Of a stretch of DNA of 64,000 nucleotides, positions 1-13,760 are shown one piece after another. This DNA is from Camelus dromedarius. Its lineage: Eukaryota. The stretch covers positions 32,056,001 to 32,120,000 of the forward strand of contig NC_087437.1 in assembly GCF_036321535.1 (NCBI RefSeq), written 5' to 3'. Position numbers and translations under genes: made by a program. The first letter of the stretch is position 1. Every line of letters begins with the position of its first letter. The notes under the pieces are model-generated. The model saw nothing but the letters and a program-made list of their open reading frames with translations, did not search any database and was not told the DNA's origin.

Positions 1-170
1 GGAGAAAGATCTGGCAAACTATATATCAACCATTGACAATAATTACTTCTGGTTGAGAAGTGGGATTAGGGGAGGGGAGCATGCACATTTTATTCCACAT
101 ACTTCTGTATTATTTTAATTCTTTCCTTATGGGTTTATGTTCATGTATTAGCTATATAATTTAGAAAGAA
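1..170 (+). mobile_element. Old L1 (L1ME/L1MC-like) 3' end fragment
   Basis: Degenerate 3' UTR-like sequence (attacttctgg...gtgggattagggg...tacttctgtattattt). Confidence 0.45.
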
Positions 171-1944
171 AACAGTCATATACAATGAAAAAGTTGATAT
201 TGGTTAAAGCAGGTAATTTAAATGATGTCTCACTAAATTACCAAGCAATGAGGCTAATATTTCTAGTTTTAAATGTATTTTTCTCTTAAGCTTTGCCCCA
301 ACTCACTAGAGCCTCCACCTACCTGGCAGGGTGGCCATGAAGTGGTGGTGGGGTAGACATTAGACTGTTAGAGGAATACAAAGAGAAAGACTAAGGTAAG
401 AAGGAATCCATCTTTTAACTGCTGAAATTGTATGATACAGCACAGCAACAGCCTTGCAAGCAAAGCTTTTGTCTTGAGGAAGGATTTTATACATTTCTTT
501 ATCTTCCTTTAATCTATCAACCCCTGAGCATGGAGAACTTCCATTACAGACCTGTGATGTGGAGAGGATGGCAGCTAGATCAGTTTTATGGTTGGAAGGG
601 AGAATATAATATAGAAGAAGTAAAAGAAGACTTTTAAGTTCTAGCAGGGGAGATTATGAAGAGAAGACATCAGAAATGGGTTCTGCCTTCCCTATGTTTG
701 GACTTCAGTTTGGGGAAGGGGCGTATATTAAATTAAGTATGGTAACATGGAGGGCAATGGTGACCTTTAGGAAGGTGATCCACTCCCAGGTGGCTCTCTG
801 CACCAGTCCAGGGAAGCCAACTTAGTTAAAAGCATAGGTTGGAGGCAGGCAGAGAAGGTCTGAGATTCAGCTCTCATGGACCACCCCTGCCTCTATAATG
901 GAGTGGATATGAGAAAGAAGAGGTTGAGGTTCTTGCTGGACAGCTTTTCAGAGAAATCACTGTAGTGGGGAGGAGTTCTGCCCAGTGTAGTGCAGAAAGC
1001 ACTGTCCCAACCAGGCCTCGGAGCGGGCCACAGCATCAGTGGGTGCTGAGGTGCAGTCAGACTGCCAGGTAGAGCTATGGGCCTGCCCATGCACATAGTG
1101 CCTGGAAGATAAGTAACATCATCCTAGACTTTAGCTGAGAGGGTAATCAGCAAGCAAAGGACCTTATCCTTTACACAGGAAGACACTCCCATCCTCTAGG
1201 CACAAAGCTGTTCCACCATCACAAGGAAACAGGACCCACTTCCTCATGCTTCCAGAAGCCACCTTAGGGAGATAAGGATGGGGGGTGTAAGAGAAAGAAT
1301 ATTTATAACCAAATGAGAGGTTGTTTCCTAAATGTACAACTCAAGTGATCGGATGAGATGAAATTTAAACAAAGACTCAGTTAATTTCCCCCTTACTGAC
1401 CAATGGTTAGTTGTCCATGAAAAGCTCTAGACAAATGATGGTGGATTTCCTCTACAAAGCTGAGTTGTAATGTGAAATGCTGCAATCTTACAATAAGTGA
1501 AAGTAGTGATAGAGAATAAAATTACACTGAACAAGAAGATCGGGTGGAGACAGAAATCTTGTCCTAACAGAAAGTAGAGAGTTTTATTAAGAGTCAAGCA
1601 GCAAAGGGTAGAGGGTGGGGAGTCAGCTGAGGAAGGGTACTGGGACACTTTGCACGTGAGGGCTGAAATCTAATCACATGCAGTGATCTGTAGTGTCTCT
1701 TTGTGTATATATACTTGCGAATTTCTTATGTGAAAACAGTTGAGAAATTGTATCGGCTTGCTGTTTTATGTTGCTCCTAAAGAACAGGGTAAGACTTGTC
1801 CATTAACTTTCACGTGATGGAGATTCTTGGATGCTCTTATAACCAATGTTTCTGCCCTGAGACAGGGACTGAAAAGCCCCTCCCCTTAGAAGCCATTCTC
1901 TGGCCAATTGCTCTGACCCCTCATCTAAAATCCAGTTCTGCTCC

Positions 1945-2280
1945 GCGATGGTGGTTAAAAGCCCAGACTCGAAGCTAGACTCTCCTCCTTACTAGCATTA
2001 TGTCCTTGGGCAAGCTACATAACCTCTCTGTGGCTTACTTGTGAACAATAATAATAGCACCTATATCTAAGAGTTGTTTAGAGTGATCAACCATCTCTGT
2101 TTGCCTGGGACTGAGGTGGCTCCTCGGACTTAAAACTTTTGGTGCTAAAACTGGGAAAGACTTGCACAAACCAAGAGTTGGTCACCTTGGTTAACACGAG
2201 CACAAAAGAAATGAATTCATGCGAGGTTTTCAGACAGAAGTGTGCTTTACACAGAGCAAGTACTTACTTAGTAATGTGTC
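1945..2280 (+). mobile_element. MIR SINE interrupted by MER81
   Basis: MIR core (ccttgggcaagctacataacctctctgtg...aataatagcaccta). The MIR-like tail resumes after 2190. Confidence 0.7.
2079..2189. mobile_element. MER81-like hAT MITE
   Basis: Terminal inverted repeats tagagtgatcaac...gttggtcaccttg; internal gcctgggactgagg and gtgctaaaactgggaaag. Confidence 0.75.
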
Positions 2281-2789
2281 TTACCATTTTCATGATCACA
2301 ATTACAACTATGACTATATGGAGAAAGAAATTGACCCTCAGCTAGGTGGTCTGCTGTAGTGCTGTTCTGATTAGAGAAAAGGAGATCCTAATGACCCCTG
2401 GAATCTCTAGGTCTCTTAGTGTCCTGAAATTTTCACCTAATTGCTTGTTTTAAAAAGAACTTATAGAGCTAATACTGAAGTGCAGGCTGAAATAAAATTC
2501 TATACAACTGAAATAAATTTCTCTGGAAACATGACAGAAGATCTAGCAAGAAAGAAGATCTCAAAGCAGTGCTGAAGTCATTCACTTCATCTCTGAAATC
2601 CTTCAAAATTCTAGGATATCATGAGTAGTGAGTAAGAGAGGCTTTTGATGCTGTTGCTATTTCAAGGCTCAGAAGCCAGAGACATGTATAGCAAGAATGC
2701 CACCAGGAAGCTCTCAGAAAAGGCTTGATACTTTGCTGTATTCAAAGCATCCCAAGTGAGAAGAAGACTTTCTTGCAGCAAAAAAAGGG

Positions 2790-2955
2790 AAAAACTAGCT
2801 AACGTTAATTGATTGGTTATTATATGTCGGGCTCCATTCTAAGAGCTTTATGGGTGTATTGCCCCTTCACGCTCACAACATCACATCCTGTGATGTACAT
2901 ACTTCCAGGGTAGAAGGAGAATCTGAAGCTCAAAGACATTAAGTAATTTACTATG
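2790..2955 (-). mobile_element. MIR fragment
   Basis: Antisense MIR pattern: ccattctaagagcttta...ctcacaac...ctgaagctcaaagacattaagtaattt. Confidence 0.6.
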
Positions 2956-3496
2956 TCTGATTTAAGCAGAAATTAATAATAGATGGAGTCAAAGAGGATT
3001 TCATTTATACGTAGGTATTTTAAGTTATGTAAATCCTATTATAAATTTTGTATCACTTTCATTTTTACAGTATTTAGAGACATGATGGTTTATTTGGTTT
3101 TGATTGCAGTTTTGATCTGTGTAGCACAATTGGATGAGTCGTGGCACATTTCCTTTCATGCCCAAACCTCTCTTGAAGGAAGCCTACGTGACTGACCCAT
3201 GAAATTCCAACTCAAAGTACTACTGTTCCCCAGTGGGAACTCCTTTAACTGAAAGCATAGCAATCAGGGAAATAAGTCAAGGGGATAAACTGCCTCTATT
3301 GAGTTAGCCTTGGAAACCTGAACGTCTACAGTAAAAGTTAATGTCATAATCACAAAATCATTTTTCTATAAATCAGTGTTACATATGACAGAGGTCAACA
3401 TATCTTTGAAAGCCTTCATTTTATCCATTGCTTGCTTTCAAGCTGTACTTGAATGTAATTTGTTTCATTCTTATGTGACCTAAAATCCAGTGATAA

Positions 3497-3548
3497 AATT
3501 GACACAATATTGTTAACTGACTATACTTCAATAAAAATATATTTTTAA
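3497..3548 (+). mobile_element. Extremely 5'-truncated L1 (about 50 bp) with TSDs
   Basis: aattgacacaatattgttaactgactatacttcaataaaaa matches the L1 terminus. TSD aaaatccagtgataa (3482-3496) / aaaatctggtgataa (3549-3563). Confidence 0.8.
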
Positions 3549-5939
3549 AAAATCTGGTGATAATGACATCAATCGTCACAGTTAATATTAAACAGAATCA
3601 ACTTTTTTTTTTTTTTACTGTTTCTGGTTAATTATTTTCTTATTGCTGCCCAGAGAAAAGAACAAGTTATATCATAAAACAGAGTAGTAATGTCATTTAG
3701 ATTTCAGAAACTCAACTTTCTAGTTGTAAATTTGAAACAGCTGGTTAAATATTTTGTCCCACAGAGGAAGACAGAAAAATCTATTGAAGAACTAAAGTGA
3801 GGGTTAATAGTTGAATTATCCCTGCCTCAACTGGCTATTTCCCAGTGGTCCAGAGGGTAGCATGAATTATGGGGTGAGAAGACAATCACCATTCATTCAA
3901 CTGAGGCTGTAGGAGTAGCCTCTTGCCTCCCCCACACCACCAAAAAAACCTCTGGCATTTCAAAAATGTGCCTTATGTGGGAAATCTGATGCCAGGTGCT
4001 TGTTAAAAAAATCATAAAGTCCCAGAGCTGGAAGGGCCTTTGAATGGTAGTTTCTCTCTTCTAAGACAGGATTGAAATGGAACCAGCTCAGAAAGCTATT
4101 CTTAAGGTTCAAAACACTTAAAAGCATGGCAAAATGCACAGTCCAATTTCCCCCTGCTGTGTATTTAGATTATAATGGCTCCATTTTGAAATTAAATAGT
4201 GTTTTTACATTGGCAGGGCCTCATTGCCATTTTTTCTACTTCACTGAGAGCCCTCTTATGAAGGAGAATCTGAGAATCCAAAAGTCTCGATGAGAGATAT
4301 TTATGACCCAGAGCCAGCTTGAAAATGGTTGAAATATTTAAAACCCATCTATACTATGTGATAGCACCTTGTTCAAAGGAAATCTCCTAGCAGAAAACCA
4401 TTGGTTTGGTGCCCCCAGGAGAGGACTTTCCACCTTCATAAATACCCAATCATTAGAGTAAACACATATTATCTGGTAATGTTCTGTATGAAAAAGTGCT
4501 GTAAGGAAACACTTCATTATTATCGAGTCCTGGGCTGGACTCCTGGACTGAGAGAAGTGGCAGGAAAAGAACAGAGGGGATAAACGATCAGGGGTCTTTC
4601 CTAGGATTTGGATGGCGAACAGGCAAGAAAGAGCTATAATACTAAGTTTCCATAAGCACTAATGAGGAGCCTGAAATGGCTGCGCTCCAGGTACGAATAT
4701 CATGAAACCTGCCCTTGCCTACGCCAGCCCTAGCTGCCTATCAAGAGTAACAATTTCCCATGGCAGGCTTTGCTTGAGCCACTTACAGAACCAAGGGAGG
4801 CAGACCTGATGGTTAACCAGGAGCTCTGTCACCACTAATTCTACTGGGCTAGATGAAGTCTGGGTGGGATGAACAGAGATTAAGATAGGTGAACAGTAAG
4901 TCATGGGTCCTTACTTCCTCCCCACTGGTGGGACCCACTCCATCTCCTCATTGGAATGGGAGCTGTCTCTGAATCCTGCCTAACTGCTGCCTGTGCCCTC
5001 CCATCAGGAGAATGGCCCTGTTTGTGGGTCTCCCTGTGTCTACTTCAATGGTATATGCTGGAAACGTGCCCTTCAGCATTTACTTGCTGCCAAGAACTGT
5101 GTCTGTCCAAGAGCTCTGGTTGCCTTGCAGACTACATCCTTTTAGATATGACTTTAGGCTTTATCTGAGGGACCTCTGCTTATAGCCACACAGGCTTTCC
5201 TCTGCATGAGTCCACAGGGTGTTATTCACAGGCCACAGGGTAAATGATGCCTTTCTAGAGCTGGGCAATACAGAGGCTCTGCAATGCAACGCAAGTGAGG
5301 CACACTTCTCAGACAGTTTGATTCGGGATTGTACAGAAATCCCTGAAGGAAGCTGCTATTTTATTCTAGTTAGTTTCTTCTCATCTATCACTTCTGGCCC
5401 CATTCTCTGTGTTTATGATATTCCTTACTTTTCTCAGCCCCCTGCATGCCTTATGGCCAAGTCCCTGCTTTATGACTCAGCCAAACCTCATTTAGCTTAC
5501 TAAGTCTAGCCCCAGGAATGAAAGACAAGGAGGGAGAGATATATTTGAGAAATTGCATGTAACTCCTGTTCCAACAGAAGACTGCAAATGGCCACAGGAT
5601 ACCTCTGACCACAGCCAATAGCCTTGCACAGCACAGTGAACTTGCACCCAAAGGGAATTGCACTTCTTGTAGTTCTTTCATGGTATATGTATGTTCAATG
5701 GTAATTAAACCACTGATCTAATTGATTATATGGTAACCAAACAAATAATAAAAGTAATAGAAATGTTTGTACTTTGCAGATTTGCATGAAAATAGTCTGT
5801 TCTTTAAGGACCGAAACTTCATCGACATTATTCTGGGAGCCTGAGAACATGCTGCCATAAGCACATCAGCTTTATTATCACAGGACAACATTAGCTCACC
5901 CAATAGCACAGCAGCCAGTGGTACAGGCTTTGTTGCTTT

Positions 5940-6115
5940 GTTGCTAGACAACCTGGCATCAAATATCAGGTCTACCATCTGCAAGTTATGTGATTTGGGG
6001 AAAATTTCATTTTCACTTCTGTATTTCACTTTCTGCATTTGTTACTTAGGAATAATACTTGCTCAGAGTAGAGTAAAGCATTTAAAATGGTACCTAGCAC
6101 AGAGTGCTTGCTGCT
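5940..6115 (+). mobile_element. MIR
   Basis: gttatgtgatttggggaaaattt...taaagcatttaaaatggtacctagcacagag. Confidence 0.6.
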
Positions 6116-6224
6116 ACTAGTAGCAGCACAGAGAGATTAACCCAGAGCCATACTATAATGATGGAGTAGTTGCTGCTTATTAAGGACGGAGTTTGTCACA
6201 GAATGTGTAGTCATATTTAAAAAA

Positions 6225-6775
6225 AATTTTTAAACTGTAAAACACACAACGTAAAATTTACCATAATAACCATTTTAAAGAATCTAATTCAGTGGCATTA
6301 AATACATTTATAATGTGAAACCATCGCCTGTGTCTAGTTCCAGAACTTTTTCATTACTCCAAATGGAACCCCTGACCCACTAAGCCGTTACTTATCATTC
6401 CACTTCCCCTTAGCCCCTGACAACCACAAATCTGCATTTTGTTTCTGTGGATTTGCCTATTCTGGATATTTCATATTTTGTATCTTACTTCTTTCATTTA
6501 GCATGATGTTCATCCACGATGTAGCATGTATCTATTCCTTTTGAAGACTAAATATTCCACTGATGGATATGCTACATTTTGTTATCTATTCAATCACTGA
6601 TGGACATTTTGATTGTGTCCAGCTTTGAGGTTTTGTGAACAGGGCTGCTGTGAACATTTACATAGTGTATGGATTTGTTGGAATGCTTATTTTAGTTCTT
6701 TTAGGTATACACCTGGGAATGGAATTGCTGGCTCTAAGGAAGGTAATTCTATGTTTAATTTCTTGAGGAGTGGTC
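6225..6775 (-). mobile_element. L1MB-like 3' end
   Basis: aaaatttaccat...ttcagtggcattaaatacatt...tctagttccagaactttttcat...tggatttgcctattctggatatttcata...ggaattgctgg. Confidence 0.8.
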
Positions 6776-7475
6776 GTATATTTTTAAACAACTATTTCTT
6801 TGCTCTTATAATATCCAAATTTAAAAACAAAACCATCATATTAATGGTGAAGGAGATGTACTTAAATAGTGACCTCTGGAGTCACTTTTCTGTCCCGATT
6901 GTGCAGACAGATGAGTAGTTGCCGTTACAAACAGTATTCACATTGGGGTCATTTCTGACTGGGTGACTGACTGCTCATAATTATAGAAAAAGGTTATTGT
7001 GGCAACATGTTCATATTTCTGGATTAATTTCAATATTATTTCTAATATTTCCAGCCAATACTCCCTCCAAAGTAAGAATAATGAAATATAAGTTAAGAAA
7101 AAAATTTTAATTTAACTTATCTTTAAGTGACTGTATTGATTTTTCATTATTTCTCCAGTGAATTTTTGGTAACCACTAGAAAGACTTTCTACAACAGTGA
7201 CAAGTCTGACTCAGTTCTAGGAACAGGAATCTGAACACTTTGCCAATTACAAAATCTCCAGGGAAAATTCATTGGGAAGAACTCACCTGTTTCCTACTAT
7301 GTACTATTTATGGTCGCCAAACACAAGTTAGATTTCCATACAGTAGTAAGAATACAAAGAAGTTAACAGTAAAATGATCAGAAACAAATCTGGGATATTT
7401 TCATAGGAGCTGGCACAAAGACATGAAAGTAATTTTGGAATTTATATGAATTTTGAAATATAAACATATATGGAT

Positions 7476-7503
7476 GCGTGTGTGTGTGTGTGTATGTGTA
7501 TAT
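7476..7503. repeat. Imperfect (TG)n microsatellite
   Basis: gcgtgtgtgtgtgtgtgtatgtgtatat. Confidence 0.85.
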
Positions 7504-8789
7504 TTACATGATGCAAATGTAGTTGATTTCTGGCAATAATAGAGTCACTTTGTGGTCACACTGAGTCAGTGGAAGCCCATATGTCATAAATAAACATTTG
7601 GCTCCACCAAGCAGAGATATATCAAAAGTTATGCAGAGGCAAACAAGGCAGGCAAGCCCTGATCCCCTGCAGGTACCATTCCATGTGCTACCAATTACTT
7701 TACAATTCCGCAAAATGTATAACAACAACCAGACTTAGGACACAGGAAATTTTAGGAAATTTCATTATTGAGCTCCACTAAAATGGGTCTATTTACATGT
7801 TTTGCCCCGAGGGAAGGAGGACAAGCCTAAGATTATCTACATGTGAGACATCTACCTCATTCCTCTCTCCAGCTGGCAGTTCTGAACCAAGGCATTCTGG
7901 CCTCACTGCCACCTGACAGCCTCAATTAAAAACTCTTGAGAGTGGTATGTATTTATCAAGAGGTTTGATAACGTCAGATAGGTTGTTATAAGTTGTACGG
8001 GACCTCCATACAGTATATATCTACTGTCTTAAACTCTGAAGCTCTTGCAAGAAGTGGCCTTTAGCAACTCCTAACTGAGCCTGGTTTTCCTAGATGTCCA
8101 CTAGGAATCTATTCCAAGTTGAGTTCATCATCATGTGTCTAACATGGGAAAATTAGGGAGCATCTTGTTTCATTTGTGAGGTTTCACTGAATAGAAAGCA
8201 ACTAACTTTGGGAAGCCAGTTCTGAGATATATTATGAATATTTCAGAAAGTGAATTTTAGAACATAATTCTAGACTTAAAGGAAACTCAAGACTACAGGC
8301 TACAAGTATAACTGAAAGCCTCCAAGGAAGGTATTTTCTATGAACTGTACTCCTAGAGCATAAATTCTGAAAGATGTTACAGATTACCTGCCACTGGTGC
8401 AGTTGCTGTAACAATTGTGAATAGCTGGTAAGCTTAAAGAAGGTTGATGTCACTTGATACCCTGCACCAAGGAGACATCTAATACCATCATCATCAACAA
8501 ATACTTTGGGGATTTATCAAGTATGGAGCATTGAGCTGTGTATTGAAGCTATAAAAACAAGACTCTTGCTGACAGTCTTACAACTTAAAAAGAGATATTA
8601 GGAATATACAAATATTAAAAAATAGCAATCCAAGGTAAACTGCAAGATAGTAGTATATGCAGTCACTGAGGACAGAGGAAGTAGTACTTATTCTAGACTT
8701 GATGGATGGCAGGCTTAGAGAAATGGAGCAGAGGGCACCTAGAGGAGCAGCGATGCAGGCAAAGGCATGGAGTGGGGATGGAGATGGTA

Positions 8790-9020
8790 TATCCAAAAGG
8801 GCAGTGTGGGATAGAAACAGTGACAAGGCCAAGAATCCAGGGTGGAGCCATGACTCTGCCACCCACTGGCCAAATTACATTGGACAGGCTATTTGACTTT
8901 GTCTTTTCTCATCCACAGAATGAGGATAACAATCACTAGACTATAGGCTTTTCATCAGGATTAAATAAAAACAATCTATGCAGTTATTCTTTTATCTAGT
9001 AAATACTCACTAATCAACAT
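8790..9020 (+). mobile_element. MIR
   Basis: ggcagtgtggg...tgactctgccacccactggc...ttggacaggctatttgac...tcaggattaaataaaa. Confidence 0.55.
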
Positions 9021-9147
9021 AAAGATATTTAGTAAAGTTAACTATTCTTACTCATAATGAGTCAACCCATTTGGAAAGAGCAAGTCCATGTGGGAAATCA
9101 TTGGAGCCTGAAACTAGTGGGATAAGTCACATCAAATACAAATAGCA

Positions 9148-9318
9148 TAGGTAAACAACAAGGACCTACTGCATAGCACAGGGAACTATATTCAGTATTT
9201 TGTAATAACTATAATGGAAAAGAATATGAAAAAGAATAATATATATAGGTATAAGAGAATCATTTTGCTCTACACCTGAAACTAACATAAACACTATAAA
9301 TCAACTATATGTCAAAAA
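9148..9318 (+). mobile_element. 5'-truncated young L1 3' UTR with perfect 14-bp TSD
   Basis: aacaacaaggacctactgcatagcacagggaactatattcagtat...aaatcaactatatgtc(a)n. TSD aaatacaaatagca at 9134-9147 and 9319-9332. Confidence 0.9.
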
Positions 9319-11672
9319 AAATACAAATAGCAGGCACTATCAATTTATAGTTAAATACTAACTGATACATAGACAAACCAATTGTAGAAATCAAATGGTG
9401 ATCTATTCCTATTATTTATAATCTGTGTATTGCTTTGTTCAATAATTTACAATAATTCCCTATTTTCTTGTTTGTTTTTAAGAGGGTAGGGGTTAGCCAG
9501 GAAGAAGATAGTCAAAATAGAAGCTGTAAAAATAAAATAAAATAAAAAACCCAGACATACCAAGGTTAGATTGGGCTAATAGAGCTCCTTATAAAGATTC
9601 AAGAGACCACATTCACAAAAAGCAATTCAAAACATACCCAGTGAACTTACAGGAAACCATGTGACTATATTGTGCTCTAAGAATAAAATGGTAATAAAGA
9701 GTGTAACAAAAGGTAGTTGAGTTAATTTTATTTCCTTATTAAGTTTGCAACTCCTCCTTTCTGCTTGAACCGTCTGCACTTGGCTCAGAATGAGATGGCC
9801 AAAGCTCTTCTTGCAGGTCTGACATGGCGAATGCCCACTTTTTTACCTCTCTCTGATCTTCCTGAGTCAGCCTTTCCCCAAGTACAACTACCACTTGACA
9901 TAAATCCAAGGGTAAAAACAGCAGGTTGTCTGCCCACATCCTGATGGTCCTGGGGATGTGGTGCTTTAGGTATCCACATTAATGTAAAATCCAGTAGGTG
10001 TGAACCAGAGGCCACCACAAGCCGACAGCACCTAGTGGGCAGTGATGGCAGAGCTAAAACTCCATCACCAGGAAGGTTCACAGTTCCCATATCCAGGCCT
10101 TTCCTAACACACGTGGGATAGAGGGGCTGCTGAATTTGATTTGATTTTAATTTTACCTTCTGCCAAAACCGGAGATCAGTGGCCAGCCCCCTCTCCTTAT
10201 CACCTTCATCAATATTACGATGCTTTTGCTCAGTGAAATGCTCTCTGAGAAGCTGCTGGGGAAAAGTCTGTGCATCTGGCATCTCCGGGTGTTTTTTCTT
10301 TGACATTCTCAAAGAAAGCAGACCAAACTAAAGAATGAAAGGAATGTACATGGGAGAAGGAAATGCAGATACAATATGCTGAGACAGGAGATGAGAACAT
10401 CAAAGAGAGGGAGAAGATAGGAAGATTTATTATAAGAAAAGGAAGTCAGGTCAAAGGAAACAGTAATGTGGTGGTGGTAATAATAACCCATGAAGTCCAA
10501 TGCTTTTCCCTCTGAACAGAGCAAACAGGACCTGAATATAACTAGTGTCTGCTTTCGGGACAAAAGAAAACAGCATAAAAAGGGTCTGTCTCAAAAAACA
10601 AACAAAAAAACACCTCAGTCAACTTAGCATATTATTTTTTTCTCATCAATTCTCCAAATACTCTGCTCCGAAGGGGATGGGAGTTACTAGCTCAGAGTTA
10701 GCAAAGCTTATTATATATGACCCCAGTGACCCTTGAAGTTTGCATCTGTCACAACAGAACACACGGCTTCCTAACACAGTGCCTTAGTCTGCCAGACTCA
10801 TGCAGGGCTGTGGAGTGAGACATCTGAATAGCCCATCTGGCACCATAGCTATCAGTGTCCCTCTTTTTGAGCTTCCTTCTGCAGACAGAGACCCAGACAT
10901 GCAAATCAGCACCCAGAAGCCTCCTTTCTGCCTTTCTTGTCTTCTGACTTTCTGCTCCTTCCTTCCTCACATGATGGAACCTCATCAATGGGTACTAGGA
11001 AGGACTCTGCAAATAAGAGCATATGGTTCCCTTAGGTCTTAGAAAGAAGCCTGGAGGGAAAGCCTTCAAAATGGCTTAATAGCACTAAAAGAACTAGCAG
11101 TTAAACTGTTAATTCTTGTTGGGACTATTCTTCTCATTCCAAAAGCCCTTTGAATCCCCAAACGTTTACGGTTGGAGTCAAGACCTCCATCTCTACATGC
11201 AATTACTTTGAGTTTTACAAATAAGCCAAGTGTGGCAGGTCAGGCAGTGACTACATCAGGTTGGGCCCAACTTTCCTGAGAAGCAGTCTGCTGCCTCCAA
11301 CACTAACTAGATCACTAGAACTCAGCAGAACTGTACAAAACCCCTCTCATGTGGTGCCTCCCTTGGACCACAGATGATATTATCCAGGCACTGTTTACTG
11401 CCAAGTGTGTATCTCCTTTACTCTGCCAAACATTTTGTTGACATCCTTTGTTCGCGGTCTTCTCCATTTTCATAAGTTTATACTTTTAAATTCTTTTATT
11501 ATCATTTAAATGGCATTTTAGTGGTAGTGGAGAAAAACATATGTACTACCCACCATGCTTACTAGAAGCCTTGTGTGTGTAAGGGGTAGGGGATGGGTCA
11601 GAAACCCTTAAATCCCATCCAACATAAAACTCCAGATGAATGTGACAGCCAGTAAAAGCTGACTATCTAGGA

Positions 11673-11897
11673 CAAGGCTCGATAAACTACAGCTGTGGGC
11701 CAAGTCTGACTTACTGCCTGTTAGTGAAAATAAAGTTTTATTGTAACACAGTCATGCCAAACCATTTATGTATTATCTATGGATGGTTGTACACCACAAT
11801 GACAGGGTTGAGTAGTTGCAATAGAGATCTCATGGCCTGTCTCTGTTCAGAAATATTTACTACCTAGCCTTTTACAGAAAAAGTTTGCCAACTTCTG
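11673..11897. mobile_element. MER58A-like hAT-Charlie MITE
   Basis: aaactacagctgtgggccaagtctg...aataaagttttattg...tttacagaaaaagtttgccaacttctg. 8-bp TSD atctagga/atctagaa. Confidence 0.85.
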
Positions 11898-13649
11898 ATC
11901 TAGAATGCAAGCTGTTGACAATGATTAACATTGTAAGACTTGATGTAAATATTTTTCTATATTTCAAGCTTGTTTGGAGAATGTTAACTTTTTTTGAATT
12001 ATTACATTTAGCCTTAGCCATGGCCAGGAAAGAAATGTATCCTATTAAGGTATAGCAAAAGAATATCCTTTTAAGGAAAAGTGTTGATCTAGATTCAGTA
12101 TCTTGTATCCAACATAGCTGTGAGAGAAATGTTACTCATAGAGGGAAATCTGACAACTCTTTACATTTTAAATTAATGTTTGTTGACTAGCAGGTTTTGT
12201 TGTTTCTAGTGCTCCAACAAAAATATTCCATTTAGAAGGTTATCCTGCTTAAATTTCATAGCACAAGGTCCTTATAATTACATGTTGCTGGCTTAGATTT
12301 TTTAAATTGTACTCTTAAACTAGTCCACATTTTTCAAATCCAAGTTTTCACCATCTGATTGAAAAGTGAAGCATCTTTGAAAAATATCCCTTCCCTAAGA
12401 GGTCAAAATATTTTCCAACATAGAAAAAGTCCGGGAAGAAACATTTCTAACAGTGGTAAAATGGAAAGATTTAGGGTGATTTTCTTTAATTCTTTCTCTG
12501 TTTTCCAAGTTTTTACAGTGAACATTATACTTTCACAACTGTTAAAAATTAACTTCACTGGGAATTTTTTCCACTAGGAAATGGATTAGAATTTGGTTGT
12601 GCTGTTGGTTGATAAATTCAAGTAAGCTATCAGCTGTCACAAAATTATCACAGTGGGATAGCATTCTGGCAGATAAGTGATGAGTTAAGTTTGTTTTATA
12701 CATAAAACAATTTTAGGCAATCACAGTCTCAGAGGTGCAAAATACTCAGAAACCAGGAATTGTGTCTGAAAACCACTGACTATAAATAAATTGGCAGTTA
12801 GTTTTCTCCAGCTCACATGTCCCATTTATAGTTTGAAGAGTAAGGTCATTCTCCCCACAAGTGACACAGCCTGTGGGACTGTTCTGGGGAGGAGGAGTCT
12901 TCGCCTCATCCACCACTCAGCCGATGCCTTTCTGAGACACGGGCAGTGGAGGTTGTGGGGAGTTACACTGTGTACCCACCCCCCAACTCCTTTTTTTTCC
13001 TATGGGTAAAAATCCATACATAATTAACATCCATGACAGCTGGAGACTGCAATGTGAATACCGATTGAATTTTGAGTTAAAAATACTAAAAGCTTTTAGG
13101 AGTAATGATTTTTGGATGATTATCTCATTAAATTCTCAAATATGTAATGAACTGGCCATTATTGTGGAAGAGAGACTCCTGGCCCCCAGCCTGGCCGCGC
13201 AAGCCCTTGCTTCTAACCACTCCACCCCTCTGCCTGATTCCTGCTCTTCTCTTCTGTATGAATAACTATAATGAAGCTCATTTATTTAAACAGAACTAAC
13301 AGTTATCAATTTCCACTAATTCAGTATTTTCTTCAATGTATCAAATGTTTTGAAAAACACCATGCAGATATTGTCAGCAAATGATTAACCATTTTGCCTC
13401 TTTTTAAATGCTGAGTTCGAGATATAATTTCTTTATTTGTGGCAATCTCTGTGGATTCTCAACCTTTTATGTTGCATAACAACACAATGAACTTCTCTTT
13501 CCTCAGTGTAATAAAGGCTGTCAACCTAACCATAAGTGAAAAGTCACATGCAATGTGAAAGTCCATCTGACAAAAAGATCGAAATTCAGCTGCACATTAA
13601 TGCTAGGTCAGTTTCTGGGCAAGCCTGCTCCTTACTCTTCTTTTGTTGC

Positions 13650-13760
13650 TTCATTTGTTTGTTCATTTGTTCATTCATTCATTCATTCAACTCTGTGTGC
13701 TGAGCACCTGCTCTGTGCCTGGAACTGTGCTAGGCATGAAGGATAGAGAGAGTCCAGAGC
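13650..13760 (-). mobile_element. L2 3' end with (TTCA)n tail
   Basis: ttcattcattcattcattcaac...tgagcacctgctctgtgcctggaactgtgctaggc. Confidence 0.75.

Noticed and set aside
290..1465. Possible ancient LTR (Gypsy-like/ERVL) relic
   Set aside because: Composition is suggestive, but I cannot assign a family or boundaries without a search.
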